DNA of 63,154 nt, filler included, from Rhabdomonas costata (lineage: Eukaryota), in the NCBI GenBank assembly GCA_019059605.1. It is 56 parts of 56 records of this genome, joined end to end, with 100 filler letters (N's around TTAATTAATTAA, not from the genome) between each part and the next. Parts side by side here need not be neighbours in the genome. Positions count along the whole stretch, not along the records: positions 1 to 1,030 come from JAHMHO010032522.1; positions 1,131 to 2,160 come from JAHMHO010032523.1; positions 2,261 to 3,290 come from JAHMHO010032524.1; positions 3,391 to 4,420 come from JAHMHO010032525.1; positions 4,521 to 5,550 come from JAHMHO010032526.1; positions 5,651 to 6,680 come from JAHMHO010032527.1; positions 6,781 to 7,810 come from JAHMHO010032528.1; positions 7,911 to 8,940 come from JAHMHO010032529.1; 48 more parts are not named here. One strand, written 5' to 3'. Under the pieces are notes generated by a model. That model had not been told where the DNA came from and made no database searches. It was given only the letters and a program-made list of their open reading frames with translations. Below, in pieces: positions 1 through 12,217 of this stretch. A program made the translations under genes and the position numbers. Position 1 is the stretch's first letter. Every line of letters starts with the position of its first letter.

Positions 1-624
1 GGTTTGTGTGATATAGGAATTTGCAGGGGGTTCGGTGGCGACGCTCCTGCCCCCTGGGGCTCTTTCCAGGATGTCGTTGGCCGCGAAGTGCAGCGGGACC
101 CAAGATTCTAAGTGGACATGCACGTGCTGGCTACAGCGGGTTGAGGGGGGGGGGCACACACGCACTCATTGCTATGCATGCCTATGCATGTCAAAATGAA
201 CAGTATTCTTCGACTGCCTTTAAGCAACAATAACAAGGTACAGGCAGAATCAAGGCTTTCCATTCTTTGAAGCATCGGCATGGCTTTGGCCGACGAAAAA
301 GGGCTCTCAATCCGCGTATTCCTCCGGGAAAAAAACGGCCACCGACGCCTTGTAACTAGACAATGCAGGTAAAAAGCGAAAAATTTTCCTCCTCCCAAAC
401 TCTCAGAAACAAGACATAAGAGAGTACGGGCACACCGGCGGGCAGGTGGGCCAACGGTGTGCCAGCTTACAATTCTTTCGTTTATCAAAACTCAAACCCG
501 AGGTAATGCAAAACGGCCCTTCCAAGCCTGTTTAAAGGCAAAAAAAAAAAAGGAGCGCAAAAATGCCCGATAATGGCCCTCAAATTGCCTCCAGCATTCC
601 GGCCCACGCTGGCTAGGCTCAGTG

Positions 625-825
625 TGAGGCTGTGATGTGTCAGCGTTCTGGAAGCAACGGTCGAGGGCACACCACGCTCACAGCGACCTTTCTCGACATT
701 TGCGCAGCAGCTGGTCTGCACGTGCAGAGAGTGCAGAGTAAACCTAGCAACTCAGAGCTCGTGCCCGGCGACGTCCTCGTTCATGGCTTGCTCGACAAAC
801 CCGTGGCCATCGATTTTACGATTTT
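625..825 (+). mobile_element. Fragment of the C-terminal restriction-like endonuclease (RLE) domain of a CRE/R2-type non-LTR retrotransposon
   Basis: EAVMCQRSGSNGRGHTTLTATFLDICAAAGLHVQR...LVPGDVLVHGLLDKPVAIDFTI follows the RLE layout C..G...RH....L...A..AGL.V..E...PxD......AIDVT; truncated on both sides. Confidence 0.65.
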
Positions 826-1030
826 TACTCAGCCATTGACTGAGTAAAAGTATTTCTGTGTCAGGCCTGCAAAGGCCCAAAAAGTACACCCCAGGCCTTG
901 AAATTTTGAAGTCGAAATTCCCTTAAAAGGGCCACAATGGGGCCTTGAAGGGGTCATAGGGGTATTTCGGCGTAGAGAAGGACTCAGAGGCCGGGAAGCG
1001 GCCAACCAACCAACCAACCAACCAACACAC

Positions 1031-1130
1031 NNNNNNNNNNNNNNNNNNNNNNNNNNNNNNNNNNNNNNNNNNNNTTAATTAATTAANNNNNNNNNNNNNN
1101 NNNNNNNNNNNNNNNNNNNNNNNNNNNNNN
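1031..1130. other. Artificial contig spacer (first of about 55): N44 + TTAATTAATTAA + N44
   Basis: The same 100-nt block recurs every ~1,130 bp; TTAATTAATTAA gives stops in all six frames. Confidence 0.99.
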
Positions 1131-2624
1131 ATTTGGGTTTTCAAGCTGTTACCTCAATGCATGTGTGTCGTGGTGGTAACTATCCCCGAGCTCTGCCATG
1201 GAAAATTGCTACCCGCCCATGCACACAAACATACACCAATACCACCAACACACACATGCATTGAGGTAACAGCTTGAAAACTTCAAAGTTTCAAAACATT
1301 GCACTCTGTAGGATCACAATTTTGTGCCCTGCGCGCAGATAAACTCTGAAAAAACTTTGCTCCTGTTTTTTTCCTCTAGGGCGAAAGCCCTGCATTCTGG
1401 TGTCACGTTGTCATCTCACCTTGGCATCGGTTGTAACAAGTCGTGTGAGTTCTGATTGCGGGGTAATGCCATGATGTTGGTGGTGGTCATGGCATGGCCT
1501 CCTAGGCTGACATGTTACCTCAACGCATCTAAGGTGGTGGTGGTTATATCATGCGCTGTGTCAAGGGGGTGGTGTAGCCAAAGCGATGACGGCAGTGGGC
1601 GTAACAGCTGCTGTTGTGAACCCTTTGCGCAATGCTGCCACTATGCTAAGGCGTGAGGTTGGCTCTGGTGGTTGGTGGTGAGGGTCGTCATCGTCATCAT
1701 GGCGAATGCTGATGTTACCTAATGCTCGTAACCAGGTGATGTCACTACTGCTGTTACTGCTGCTGACTGAGGCCCATGCTCAATGCCACTAGTACCTATG
1801 ACTAAGATGTCACCACCCTACGCTATGGCCAGGGAGCATGCCACCCGAACCCACGGTGCATGGGTTGGCAGCCCTAGTACTCCCACCAAATATCAGCCCC
1901 AACCGCTCTAGCTCTCTGTTCAATAGCGACCGCTTTCTGAACTGTCTGAACCACTGAGGACCTGGGAAGGTGTGCACGGCGTCCTAACCCCATAAGTTAT
2001 GTCAGAAGCTGGGAAAACTGTTCACCGCGTCCTAAACCGTGCAGACGTCATGTCAGTGTGCACCTGATTATGAACGCCTCCACAGGAGGATGTGCAGTTC
2101 AATGATCACAATGGTTCCATAACAAAGTCGAATGTCTCAAGGCAGAGACAAGACAAAACANNNNNNNNNNNNNNNNNNNNNNNNNNNNNNNNNNNNNNNN
2201 NNNNTTAATTAATTAANNNNNNNNNNNNNNNNNNNNNNNNNNNNNNNNNNNNNNNNNNNNTTTGTTTGTTGTTTTTCTGCTTTTACTTGGGGGTTGAGAG
2301 ACAGGTTTCCTTTCTCTTAAACGGAATTCACACCACCCAAGTAAAAGCAGAAAAACAGCAAAGGGTACCAAACCTGCAGGGTGAAAACGCAGGAATGCCA
2401 TGTTGAAAGAAAGGCAGTTTTCTGCTTTGCACACTGTCCTATAAAGTTCAAACATCGTACATCCAGCTCCCTAGCACGGGGCGATTAAAAGACAGAAAGG
2501 ACAGAGAGCCGGGGGAAAGCACCAAAAGGACCTTAGCGAGAGCCCGCTGGAAAAACATTACCCGCTGATCTTGCAATCGAGCCAAACATCGCTTGGGCTG
2601 TCCTAGAAAAACGGATCACAAAAC

Positions 2625-2795
2625 CTGAGCAGCTGCCACTCTGGGCCCATGTCCCGTCCGAGGTGCACGCAAGAATGCCCCCGTTGGAGAACCCACGCAG
2701 GCACCCAAAGCTGCAGGTCTGCCCATAGGTCGTGCCCCAGGCACAGACCACGGCGCTGGCGTTGGCGGGAAGGCCTGGGGGGCCACACTCCACCA
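2625..2795 (-). CDS. Exon encoding one sushi/CCP domain
   Basis: VECGPPGLPANASAVVCAWGTTYGQTCSFGCLRGFSNGGILACTSDGTWAQSGSCS; bounded by tctcag| and |gtttt; 171 nt, phase 1-1. Confidence 0.8.
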
Positions 2796-5650
2796 CTGAG
2801 AGATGAGTGCCACGAACGGTGTGTGTGCGTACGCGCGCGCACGCGCGAAGAATGAAGTAGGATACACGTAGGTATGGTGCGAAGGGCTGGCGACAGGCTG
2901 CCGTAACACCAGTGCGGCCCTGACGAACTAATAGCCAATAGCCATTGTGTTTTCAAAACGGCGGGATTTAGAAACGGCCAGCAATGGAGGAAGTGGGAAG
3001 AGTACTGAGCTTGGGAGTTGGGTCCACCCTCTAACCCCTAACCCCCTAACCCAAATGAGGTATGCCAGTGACATCTGATTCGCGAGGGTGTGCTGTGTGG
3101 TGGGTTTATGTGTGCGTGATTCCTCAGAACGGCGGGGGCAATGGGAGGTATCCACCGCCAGCAGCACCGTAAGCGGGTGGAGTTCCGGGCATGGACATGG
3201 GAGTTGAGGAACAGATGTGCACTCACTGCCTAACCCGAGGGACTGCCAAGCCCCCCTTATCAAACTCGACAAGCGCAGACACCCCCACCCNNNNNNNNNN
3301 NNNNNNNNNNNNNNNNNNNNNNNNNNNNNNNNNNTTAATTAATTAANNNNNNNNNNNNNNNNNNNNNNNNNNNNNNNNNNNNNNNNNNNNGGGGGGGTGT
3401 GTAGAAGCTTGTCCTTGTTGTGGTAGTGCCGGTCAGGGTCGGCCAGAATCTCACATAGTCGCTGCAGCGTGAAGGGCGCCCTGTGACCATAGTAGCAAGG
3501 GTCCTTTTGGATGCAAGACCCATCGTCCTTGTTTGCATTCCTTTTTCGAAAGAATTACTGCTGTTTTCATTTTGAAATTGTGCTCTGTCGTCTCATGTTG
3601 AGTAGAAACAAAACCTGCACCCGCAGCAAAGTGTGATGTGTCCTGTGTTGTTTCTCCGGAAATCACCCAAGCAGCAACATCGCGAAACCATTAAACATTA
3701 ACCATTAAACACGAGCCCGAAACCCCTCAGCCGAGGAAGTTGTCGAAAGGTCGGCTATAAATGGAGCTAAGTGCCTTTTTCGACAATTCCCATACCCTCG
3801 GAAAGCGGCTAAGCTGGCCAGAAGCTCTTCCTTGTCCTGAGCAAAGGAAATGTCTCCATCCTCGCCTGTGAAACAGAAAAACACAACCCTCCAATGAGAG
3901 GCTGCACAAATTCGGAGGGTGGGTAACTTGTACACCAGGAAATTTGTTACGTCGCGTTGCTTTCATCGACATTGTTAGTACGCCATCAGCGCAATCGGGC
4001 AAGTCCCAAAAGGAAAAACTAAAATGAAACAACCTAAAATCTCCTTCGCGCGCTGCACGAGGACTTGCTTCAGAGCCGCCCAATCGAAGCTTCGAAAAAA
4101 AGCGGAGGGGGGGGGGGAAATGCAACGGTAATCGGCGCAAAAAGGAAGCCGTGTGACATCGTGTCAGATATGGCGGCGCACCTCCTGTTCTCAGCCACAA
4201 ACAAAATTGGAGGGTCATCCCTCACCTACAACTCCAATTAGCGTCAATTAGCGTGGGAAGACTGTCCATGCTCTTGTCGTTTCAAAATGATGAAATGAAT
4301 GGAATGTTTGGGTACGCGCAATCAAAGGCAAGAAGTGAAACAATAATTTTGCTTTACAGTATTCAGAAGTTCTGACACCTCATTATCAAGCCTGATAGTT
4401 CCTCTCTTCTACAACCAAAANNNNNNNNNNNNNNNNNNNNNNNNNNNNNNNNNNNNNNNNNNNNTTAATTAATTAANNNNNNNNNNNNNNNNNNNNNNNN
4501 NNNNNNNNNNNNNNNNNNNNGGTTTTTTGTACACATACGTTTTCGAGAGCTTGAAATTTCTCCCGCTTCCTGTACGATTTTTGGGGTGCAAATCACTCCC
4601 TGCAGCTGGGCTGACGTCCATAAGTAAGAGACGGAGGAGTTGACATACACGAGCATACTTGCTTGCCCAGCGAGGTCAGCCGGTCCACGGTGGGTGGGCT
4701 GCTGGGGGGCTCCGCCCCCGCAAGCACGCCTTGGTCCAGCACAGCGATCTGCCGCAGCAAATCCCAAGACAGCCTGGTGACGTTCCTCAAGCTGACGTAC
4801 ATGCTGCGGGAAATCTGCAGACAACCAATTGGATAAAAAATGAAGAAAAAAATGAAAAGGATAATAAAATTGTCAAATACTTTTGTAATCATAAGCCACG
4901 CTGGGCTCGGTTCCTGGGAAAATCATACCAGAAACGGCATTTGTATAACACACATAAAAAAACGAGAAAAAGTTGTGCCCTCACATCGGCAGAAGCAAAT
5001 CATGCGCTCAACAGGCCGTTTTAACGTCTCGCGAATGAATACATAATTTTCCCAGGGATTGTCCACAGCACCCCCCTTCTGGATGCAAAAAAGCTGTCGT
5101 GGAAGAGAGGGATATTGGAGAGGTAGACCTTCGCCAGAGGACTGCACAGGGGTTCTCCTCTCTCAGCGTGTGTGAAGTAGTGGACCTTCTCCCGATTAGA
5201 GGCCTTCTCGACACTCTTTGCGAGGGAGTCCACCGCCACCTCTGCGTTTTCTATAAATAAAGAAATAGTGCTGAAAATACCAAAATGATGCCCCGCTCGG
5301 AAGAGCATCAAAACCCTGAATTTTTTTTGAAATCAGTAGGCCGCCCCTACAAAGCTGGATGGGCAGATAGCAAGGCAAACATCACCACCCTGGTATCTCG
5401 GTCGAAGTTACTGAAAAGGCGGAAATGTGCAGGTAATGTTCACAAAGAACAAGTTACCTTACAAGGATATTACCACAGTCACAAACACGCCATCTGACAC
5501 GGAGTCGGAATCATACGAATACAAGCACGAGTGGGCTGGTGCATCGCGAANNNNNNNNNNNNNNNNNNNNNNNNNNNNNNNNNNNNNNNNNNNNTTAATT
5601 AATTAANNNNNNNNNNNNNNNNNNNNNNNNNNNNNNNNNNNNNNNNNNNN

Positions 5651-6671
5651 GTTGGTGTGGAGTATTTTCGGAAACCAAGACCCCGCCCCAAGTTATATTG
5701 GAATATTCGTAACGTATAGCATCTAAAATCGGAGAAAAAATGCCTCCAGCTGCGACAGTACTGTGTAGCTGAGCTTCCTGAACTTCCAATATAACTTGGG
5801 GTGGGGTTTTGGTTTCCGAAAATACTCCACGCTAATTCCATGGCATCGTGTAGCGTCCGCTGGTGCTTGGACATCAATTCATCTTATATATCTCCTTCCA
5901 AGACTCAAACAAACAAACAATTCTGCAAAGGCTCGTTGTAGAACATTGTGTCATTTAGCAGGTTGATTCCAATCACAAACTGCTGATGGTAGAACTGGAA
6001 ATTCTTCATCTTTAGATGTTCCATCCTCCACACGACATTGTAATCCCAAGGCTGAGGACACAGCCTTTTCTTTAACGTTTCCACAAAATATTTCCAGTCC
6101 ACAAAGGTCTGACCTGGCGCCACTATACATTTTGCTAAGGAGCCAAGTGCTCCCGTGGCGTAAACTATAGAAACTTGATGCATGAAATCTTTTATCCGAA
6201 AAGGAATCACAAGTCCAATTTATCTCGATCAACCAAAGAGAACCTTTGCACTGACCTGGTGAAAAACCACCCGGTTCATTGGACGCACACACACTCACAC
6301 AGAGATTTACCTGGTGTGGCGCGCTGCACGCTCTTCTGAAGGCCTTGTACCACCTGCGTATGTGGATAACTTTAGCCTGTCTCCATCCCCTGATATATCT
6401 CGCTTGCTCTTCTACCACGAGAACTCTGTCGCGAAGCCTCTGGCTTTATCTACTCGCTAGCTGGCGATTACTCTCCCCCTTGGGGCTCTGCGCGCCTGCT
6501 CATGCTGTAGGATCTTCCTCCTCTGGAACAACAACCCTCTGCTACCACCTGTCAAGGTGTTACTTCTCTTGAACACTGCCTCTGGATCTTTATCAACCAT
6601 CTGCTACCACCTGTCAAGGATGTAGTTTTCTTGAACACTGCGCTCTGGATATTCAGCAATCCTCTGCTACC
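5651..6671 (-). mobile_element. Degenerate LTR retrotransposon 5' region (Ty3/gypsy-like gag plus PBS-containing leader)
   Basis: Frameshifted gag-like segments (TFVDWKYFVETLKKRLCPQPWDYNVVWRMEHLKM..YHQQF; ELMSKHQRTLHDAMELAWSI) lie downstream of ...TTGACA-GG-TGGTAGCAGAGG. Confidence 0.7.
6536..6671 (-). repeat. Tandem 62-63 bp units, each with a PBS-like TGGTAGCAGA(G)
   Basis: Plus-strand CCTCTGCTACCA at 6536-6547, TCTGCTACCA at 6600-6609 and CCTCTGCTACC at 6661-6671; the first two are followed by CCTGTCAAGG...TTGAACACTG...CTCTGGAT. Confidence 0.8.
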
Positions 6672-6939
6672 CCCCCACCCNNNNNNNNNNNNNNNNNNNN
6701 NNNNNNNNNNNNNNNNNNNNNNNNTTAATTAATTAANNNNNNNNNNNNNNNNNNNNNNNNNNNNNNNNNNNNNNNNNNNNTTGTTTTTGTCGATCAAGGG
6801 CCACTCTCTTGTGGTCTTGCCACTGTTTGTGTTTTGTTTCCAACCTCGGACTTTGTAACAACCTTGGGTATTCTTCTGGAAACCTTCGACCTCCGCCAAC
6901 CAACATATGTGGTCTTCTCCCTCCACATACGTTCTCCAG

Positions 6940-7086
6940 GACGCGTGCTGGATGGTGGAACGCATGTTGTGGGGCTGGACGTGGAATGGAGCCCGCTTGG
7001 GGGCAACTCACCCATGCCTGCCGTGCTGCAGCTGGCAACGTGGACAGATGTGTACGTTCTGCACCTGGCTCACCTCCGTCCGGGAG
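6940..7086 (+). CDS. Exon of a DEDDy 3'-5' exonuclease (WRN/EXD2/mut-7-like)
   Basis: HVVGLDVEWSP...PAVLQLATWTDVYVLHL contains the ExoI DxEW and LQLAT motifs; ccag| ... |gtgag borders. Confidence 0.8.
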
Positions 7087-9149
7087 GTGAGGAGACCTCT
7101 GTGATCAACCTCCCCTCACAGGTAATTATGGCACCAGCTTACTCTTTCTATCCCCTCATCGTGCGGGTTGTCTGTATGCCCATTACAATTTGTGATCGAG
7201 TCAGTGGCGGGCTTAGCTGTGCAGCTGCAGCTTTGGGTTTACGTCATTCTCACTGCGTACCCTATCAAAGTTGCCTATTTCGGATGATTATTCTCGACAC
7301 AATCATCGCGGGTGGAAGACCTGTTCCACTGACCCGAAGGACTTACAGCTTGACCGGAAGCGAGCCCCCCCCCTATTAACATAATTACAAATACATACCA
7401 TAATCATCAAAATACACATAGGCGGGGGAAACGGAAAGACCCCACTACAATAGGGTGTGGGGCAAAAAAGCATCCCTCGGACTCAAAAAATAAGAGCTGA
7501 TGGAGCGATCTCCCCGCGCATTTCGCGCTTCCATAAACTATTATCCCTGAAAATGGGAAAAAAATCACGGAACTGCGGCAGAAGCACAGGTGAATCGATG
7601 GGGTGAAGCAACATAAAAGGTACAAAAAGGTACGCGAGAGAGAGATTTGGGGAATACAAAATACGAAGACTGAAACGGAAAGTTAGCAACAAACAGACAA
7701 CAGAAGGAACGCAGGAAAGGTGCAAACGACAAAAGCAGAGCTGAAGTAGAATCGGAGTGTGGGAAAGAGAGGACAAATAAAGGACAACAAACCCCAAACA
7801 CACCCACCACNNNNNNNNNNNNNNNNNNNNNNNNNNNNNNNNNNNNNNNNNNNNTTAATTAATTAANNNNNNNNNNNNNNNNNNNNNNNNNNNNNNNNNN
7901 NNNNNNNNNNAAGGTTCCCGCGTGGCTTTTTCTTTGCCTTTTTACGAAGCTCACTCTGCGTATGCATGAGAGAAGGCTTGGTGTTCAACCGATACCGCGA
8001 CTGACTGTTTGAATGGTATGCTGATGAGCGGCGACCTGGGGAACGCACATTTTCTGGGTCCTGCTTTCTGAGCGGCGGATGTTGGTCGACTGAGTTGGCT
8101 GTGGTCTGTCACCTCTTCAGTTTTCAGTGTTTTTTCAGTGTTTCATCGTATGGAGTGTCATAGTTGTGTATTAAAAACATGAACTCGTTTCCTGGTCCAC
8201 GTTTGTAACGTGACGCAACCTGTGTGGAGAATCTGACGTTTTTCTCTGTCCCGTACAGTCCTCTCAGGGTGGATCGCGCTCGGCCAAAAGCAAATCCAAG
8301 CAGCAGTCCCTTCGGGTGTGGTGATTTTCTCCTCTTCTTTCTCTATTTCGTTTTCTTCCTATTCTTTGGAGGATATTTCTTTTTCTTTTCTATTTTCTGC
8401 TGTTTTGGTTTGTTTCCGTTCTTCCTTCGGGTGTGATGGAGGTGATGCATCAATTCTCTGGCGAACTTTTGTGTGGCAGGCGCTTGCACCAGTTAACAGC
8501 AAGAGTGCTGGTTATCATTTTTGGTTGCCTGTCCGGTGCGAGGTTGGAATTTTTGTGGTTTGGAATATCCATGTTGGGGGCTGCACGCAGTTCTTCGGCT
8601 CAGACGCTCTTCGGCGACTGGACACGCTGGCCCGTACACCATCCGAGAGGTCTCAGTGCTTTCTTCTTCCTTCTACCTTCTTCCTTCTTCTTTTCTCTTG
8701 TCCCCACACTGGTGTTATGGTTCCTTGGAAAACCCCGGATAATTATTGAGGGCATTGTGCATCGCAGGAAATGCAAAACAAAGGGAGCGTCTTCCCGCAG
8801 ATGGATCTTCGACTATTGCTGTGATCGCCTATCTTTCTGTCTCGCTCGTTCGATGTAGCACCCGTCCTACAACTGTGGCCCTGCCCCCTGCCTCGCGGCC
8901 GCCTCCTCTGCACCCGAACCGGCCCGCCTCCAACCACCCCNNNNNNNNNNNNNNNNNNNNNNNNNNNNNNNNNNNNNNNNNNNNTTAATTAATTAANNNN
9001 NNNNNNNNNNNNNNNNNNNNNNNNNNNNNNNNNNNNNNNNTCACTTTCACGATTGGGACGGAAATCGGTCTGGAATCCTCCAGTGGTTGCATCAAGTTGA
9101 GCAAATCAAACGAACCAAGAAGCTTCATGACAAGGCTGCAGTCCGGTAC

Positions 9150-9400
9150 GCCAGACATGCCGTGGGGCCATTTTGACGAATTCCAAATCACAAACTGGGC
9201 TAATTGTGTTCAAATGCTGCAGGACCGATTAAAATGCAAGAGTACTACGCTTGGAACTATATCAACTCAATATGTCGAACAAAGATTTCAATCTTTTATT
9301 CTACAAATTCCAGTATTACCAACAACACGTGAAAGCAGTCGATGAAAAGGCACTCATCATTTCATTCATTAAATGTCCTGATGATTCCAATATGGATTAC
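9150..9400 (+). mobile_element. Frameshifted retrotransposon gag-like remnant
   Basis: ITNWANCVQMLQDRL / ELYQLNMSNKDFNLLFYKFQYYQQHVKAVDEKALIISFIK fits the Retrotrans_gag W..F...L...L..L...F...E..I..F pattern across two frames. Confidence 0.5.
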
Positions 9401-10171
9401 ACCTACCTCGAGGAAGGACCCTCCACGCAGTTTGCCGCTATTGCGACCAACCGAAACACCACTTTACACAAAGCCGCCAACGTTACCTCATTTTCACCAC
9501 TTTTGAAGCCCGTTTTGAGGCCAAAATGCCTTTTTAAGGCTTGTTGACCAAAATCCGTCCAAAAAGTCTCACAATCTTTCAAATCCGCATAAAAGCGCGT
9601 CTTTCTGCACTCCGACCTCCTAAACGTCATGTGCGTGTCAGGAGGGTCAATTTTTCATCCGGTAGGCCCCATTTTTGATCCCCTGCACCACACCACGCAA
9701 GAAGGGCACCGTGGTGTGCACATAATCCGGGGAGTCGTGGAAGCCCCACTCCCCTGACTCTCCCCACCGCTTCAAGGCCTTTACTTGCTACCTTCAGCGT
9801 ACTGTTGTGTTACTTTCCAAAGGGTCAAAATTGCCTCATTTTCACACTTTTTGAAGCCCGTTTCGACGCCAAATGGCCCACTTTCAAGGCTTTTTGCCAC
9901 AAAAAATTCCCCAAAGCCTCAAAATTCCCTCAAATCCACTTTTACCGGAAGGCTCCATTTTCGACCCTTGCATGGTACCACCGAGGCAGGCCTCGAAAAG
10001 GTCGTAGATTCGGCCAAGAATCGGCGTTTGCAGCGTCAAAATGGTCGGATCAAAGCACCAAACCGTGTTANNNNNNNNNNNNNNNNNNNNNNNNNNNNNN
10101 NNNNNNNNNNNNNNTTAATTAATTAANNNNNNNNNNNNNNNNNNNNNNNNNNNNNNNNNNNNNNNNNNNNT

Positions 10172-10927
<756 letters not shown>

Positions 10928-11602
10928 GGTATTCCTGCAATTCTGGCCCCCCACACCCCTCACCGAAAACGTGACTGTAACGACTTGTTCTCCTTGCAAA
11001 ATTTCTGGAACTAGAGAGACACGGCGAAATGGGTGTCTGCACACGCAAACTTGCGCTTGAACGTTGTTTTTGCTCTTTTTTTTTTCTCACGATTGGTGTT
11101 GATGAGCGAAAAGGAAAAGCAAAAGGGTGTGAACACAAGTTGCCAAGAAGCGTAGGATGCCACTGCCCATCAACGATTAAAGTGGAGCCGCCAACCCAAC
11201 NNNNNNNNNNNNNNNNNNNNNNNNNNNNNNNNNNNNNNNNNNNNTTAATTAATTAANNNNNNNNNNNNNNNNNNNNNNNNNNNNNNNNNNNNNNNNNNNN
11301 CTGATGAGGCACATGTTATTGTCGGCACCGCTCAGAACCTTCCATGGGGTCTTCTTTTCCATTAAAAACCCACGGTCCCGTACAGGGGTCCTTTTTGAGG
11401 CCCTTTTCGAATATTTGCAGTCGTCCATCCATCCATCCGTCTTAGATTCCTATGTCCCAAGTCAAGAATGATACGGTGTCCTTTGTTCCCATTTGCCTCA
11501 CTTTACATTCCTGGCCGTAACGTTCTGGGTTCTTACTGAGCCTGACCATACATTGTTTGGGTTCAGTCCAGCCCAGTCCTCTCCGGGGTGTGGGCTTTTC
11601 AG

Positions 11603-12217
11603 GTCGCAGGGCCGGTGAAGGTCTCGGATAGTGTGGACTTCGAGCGAGTCGCGGCGCAAGCCTCGCGGGAGCTACGATTTGTTGGCGGAAAGACGCCGCT
11701 GGACCTCTCTCTGGTCGAGCGAAACGTTGAGGTGTGCCGGACGCAGCAGGACGCAGGGTCAGCACACTCTCGGCAACAGCGGGGATCCGAACTGGGAATG
11801 GGGGAGTTTCTTTCCGATGTCCATTGTGGTTCTATAAGGATGTGTCATTGAGTCAGAAAGGGAGGACCGGGGGTTGAGGGTGCTGTGGAATGCCCTTTGC
11901 TGTGGACACCCCCGTCGATTTGCTTTGACCATGTGCTTTCTTCGATTTATCTGCTCTCTGGATATTGAAGTGAAAAGCATAAAACGAAATGATGTATCCG
12001 CTCCTCCGTGGTGTCCTTGTAATTCTTCAGGCTGATTCCTGCTGCCCTGCCCTGTTTGTTTGGCAGGTTCTGAATAAGATTACTCCCCAGCAGCCATTGG
12101 TCAGCTCCGATGTGTCCAGCTCGAGGGTGCACGTGCTGCGCGCGCGGCGGCCTGTGGACTTGTGCTTCTACTCCAACGGCTTGCTGGTCAAGCACCCCAA
12201 CAAAGGGGACGCTCCAG
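11603..12217 (+). CDS. UBXN11-like SEP-domain protein, two exons (11603-11731, 12067-12217)
   Basis: Spliced PLDLSLVERNVE/VLNKITPQQPLVSSDVSSSRVHVLRARRPVDLCFYSNGLLV resembles the entry into the UBXN11 SEP domain (D..I..N...LN...L.LY.NG); in-phase GT-AG borders. Confidence 0.5.

Noticed and set aside
1075-1086. Regularly spaced TTAATTAATTAA as a CRISPR-like repeat, and ORFs ending in X...LIN
   Set aside because: Synthetic linker inside N runs
1137-1281. Perfect 32-bp inverted repeat; likewise 2270-2357, 15830-15993 and 57610-57683
   Set aside because: All are perfect and anchored at contig starts, so they are fold-back artefacts
3031-3052. CTAACCCC telomere-like repeats
   Set aside because: Only about three imperfect internal units
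6536-6671. CRISPR-like repeat-spacer array
   Set aside because: The intervening sequences are homologous to each other, the context is eukaryotic and there are no cas genes
8021-8060. CTGATGA hammerhead core (also 11301, 13021, 43861)
   Set aside because: No stem II followed by GAAA with flanking helices
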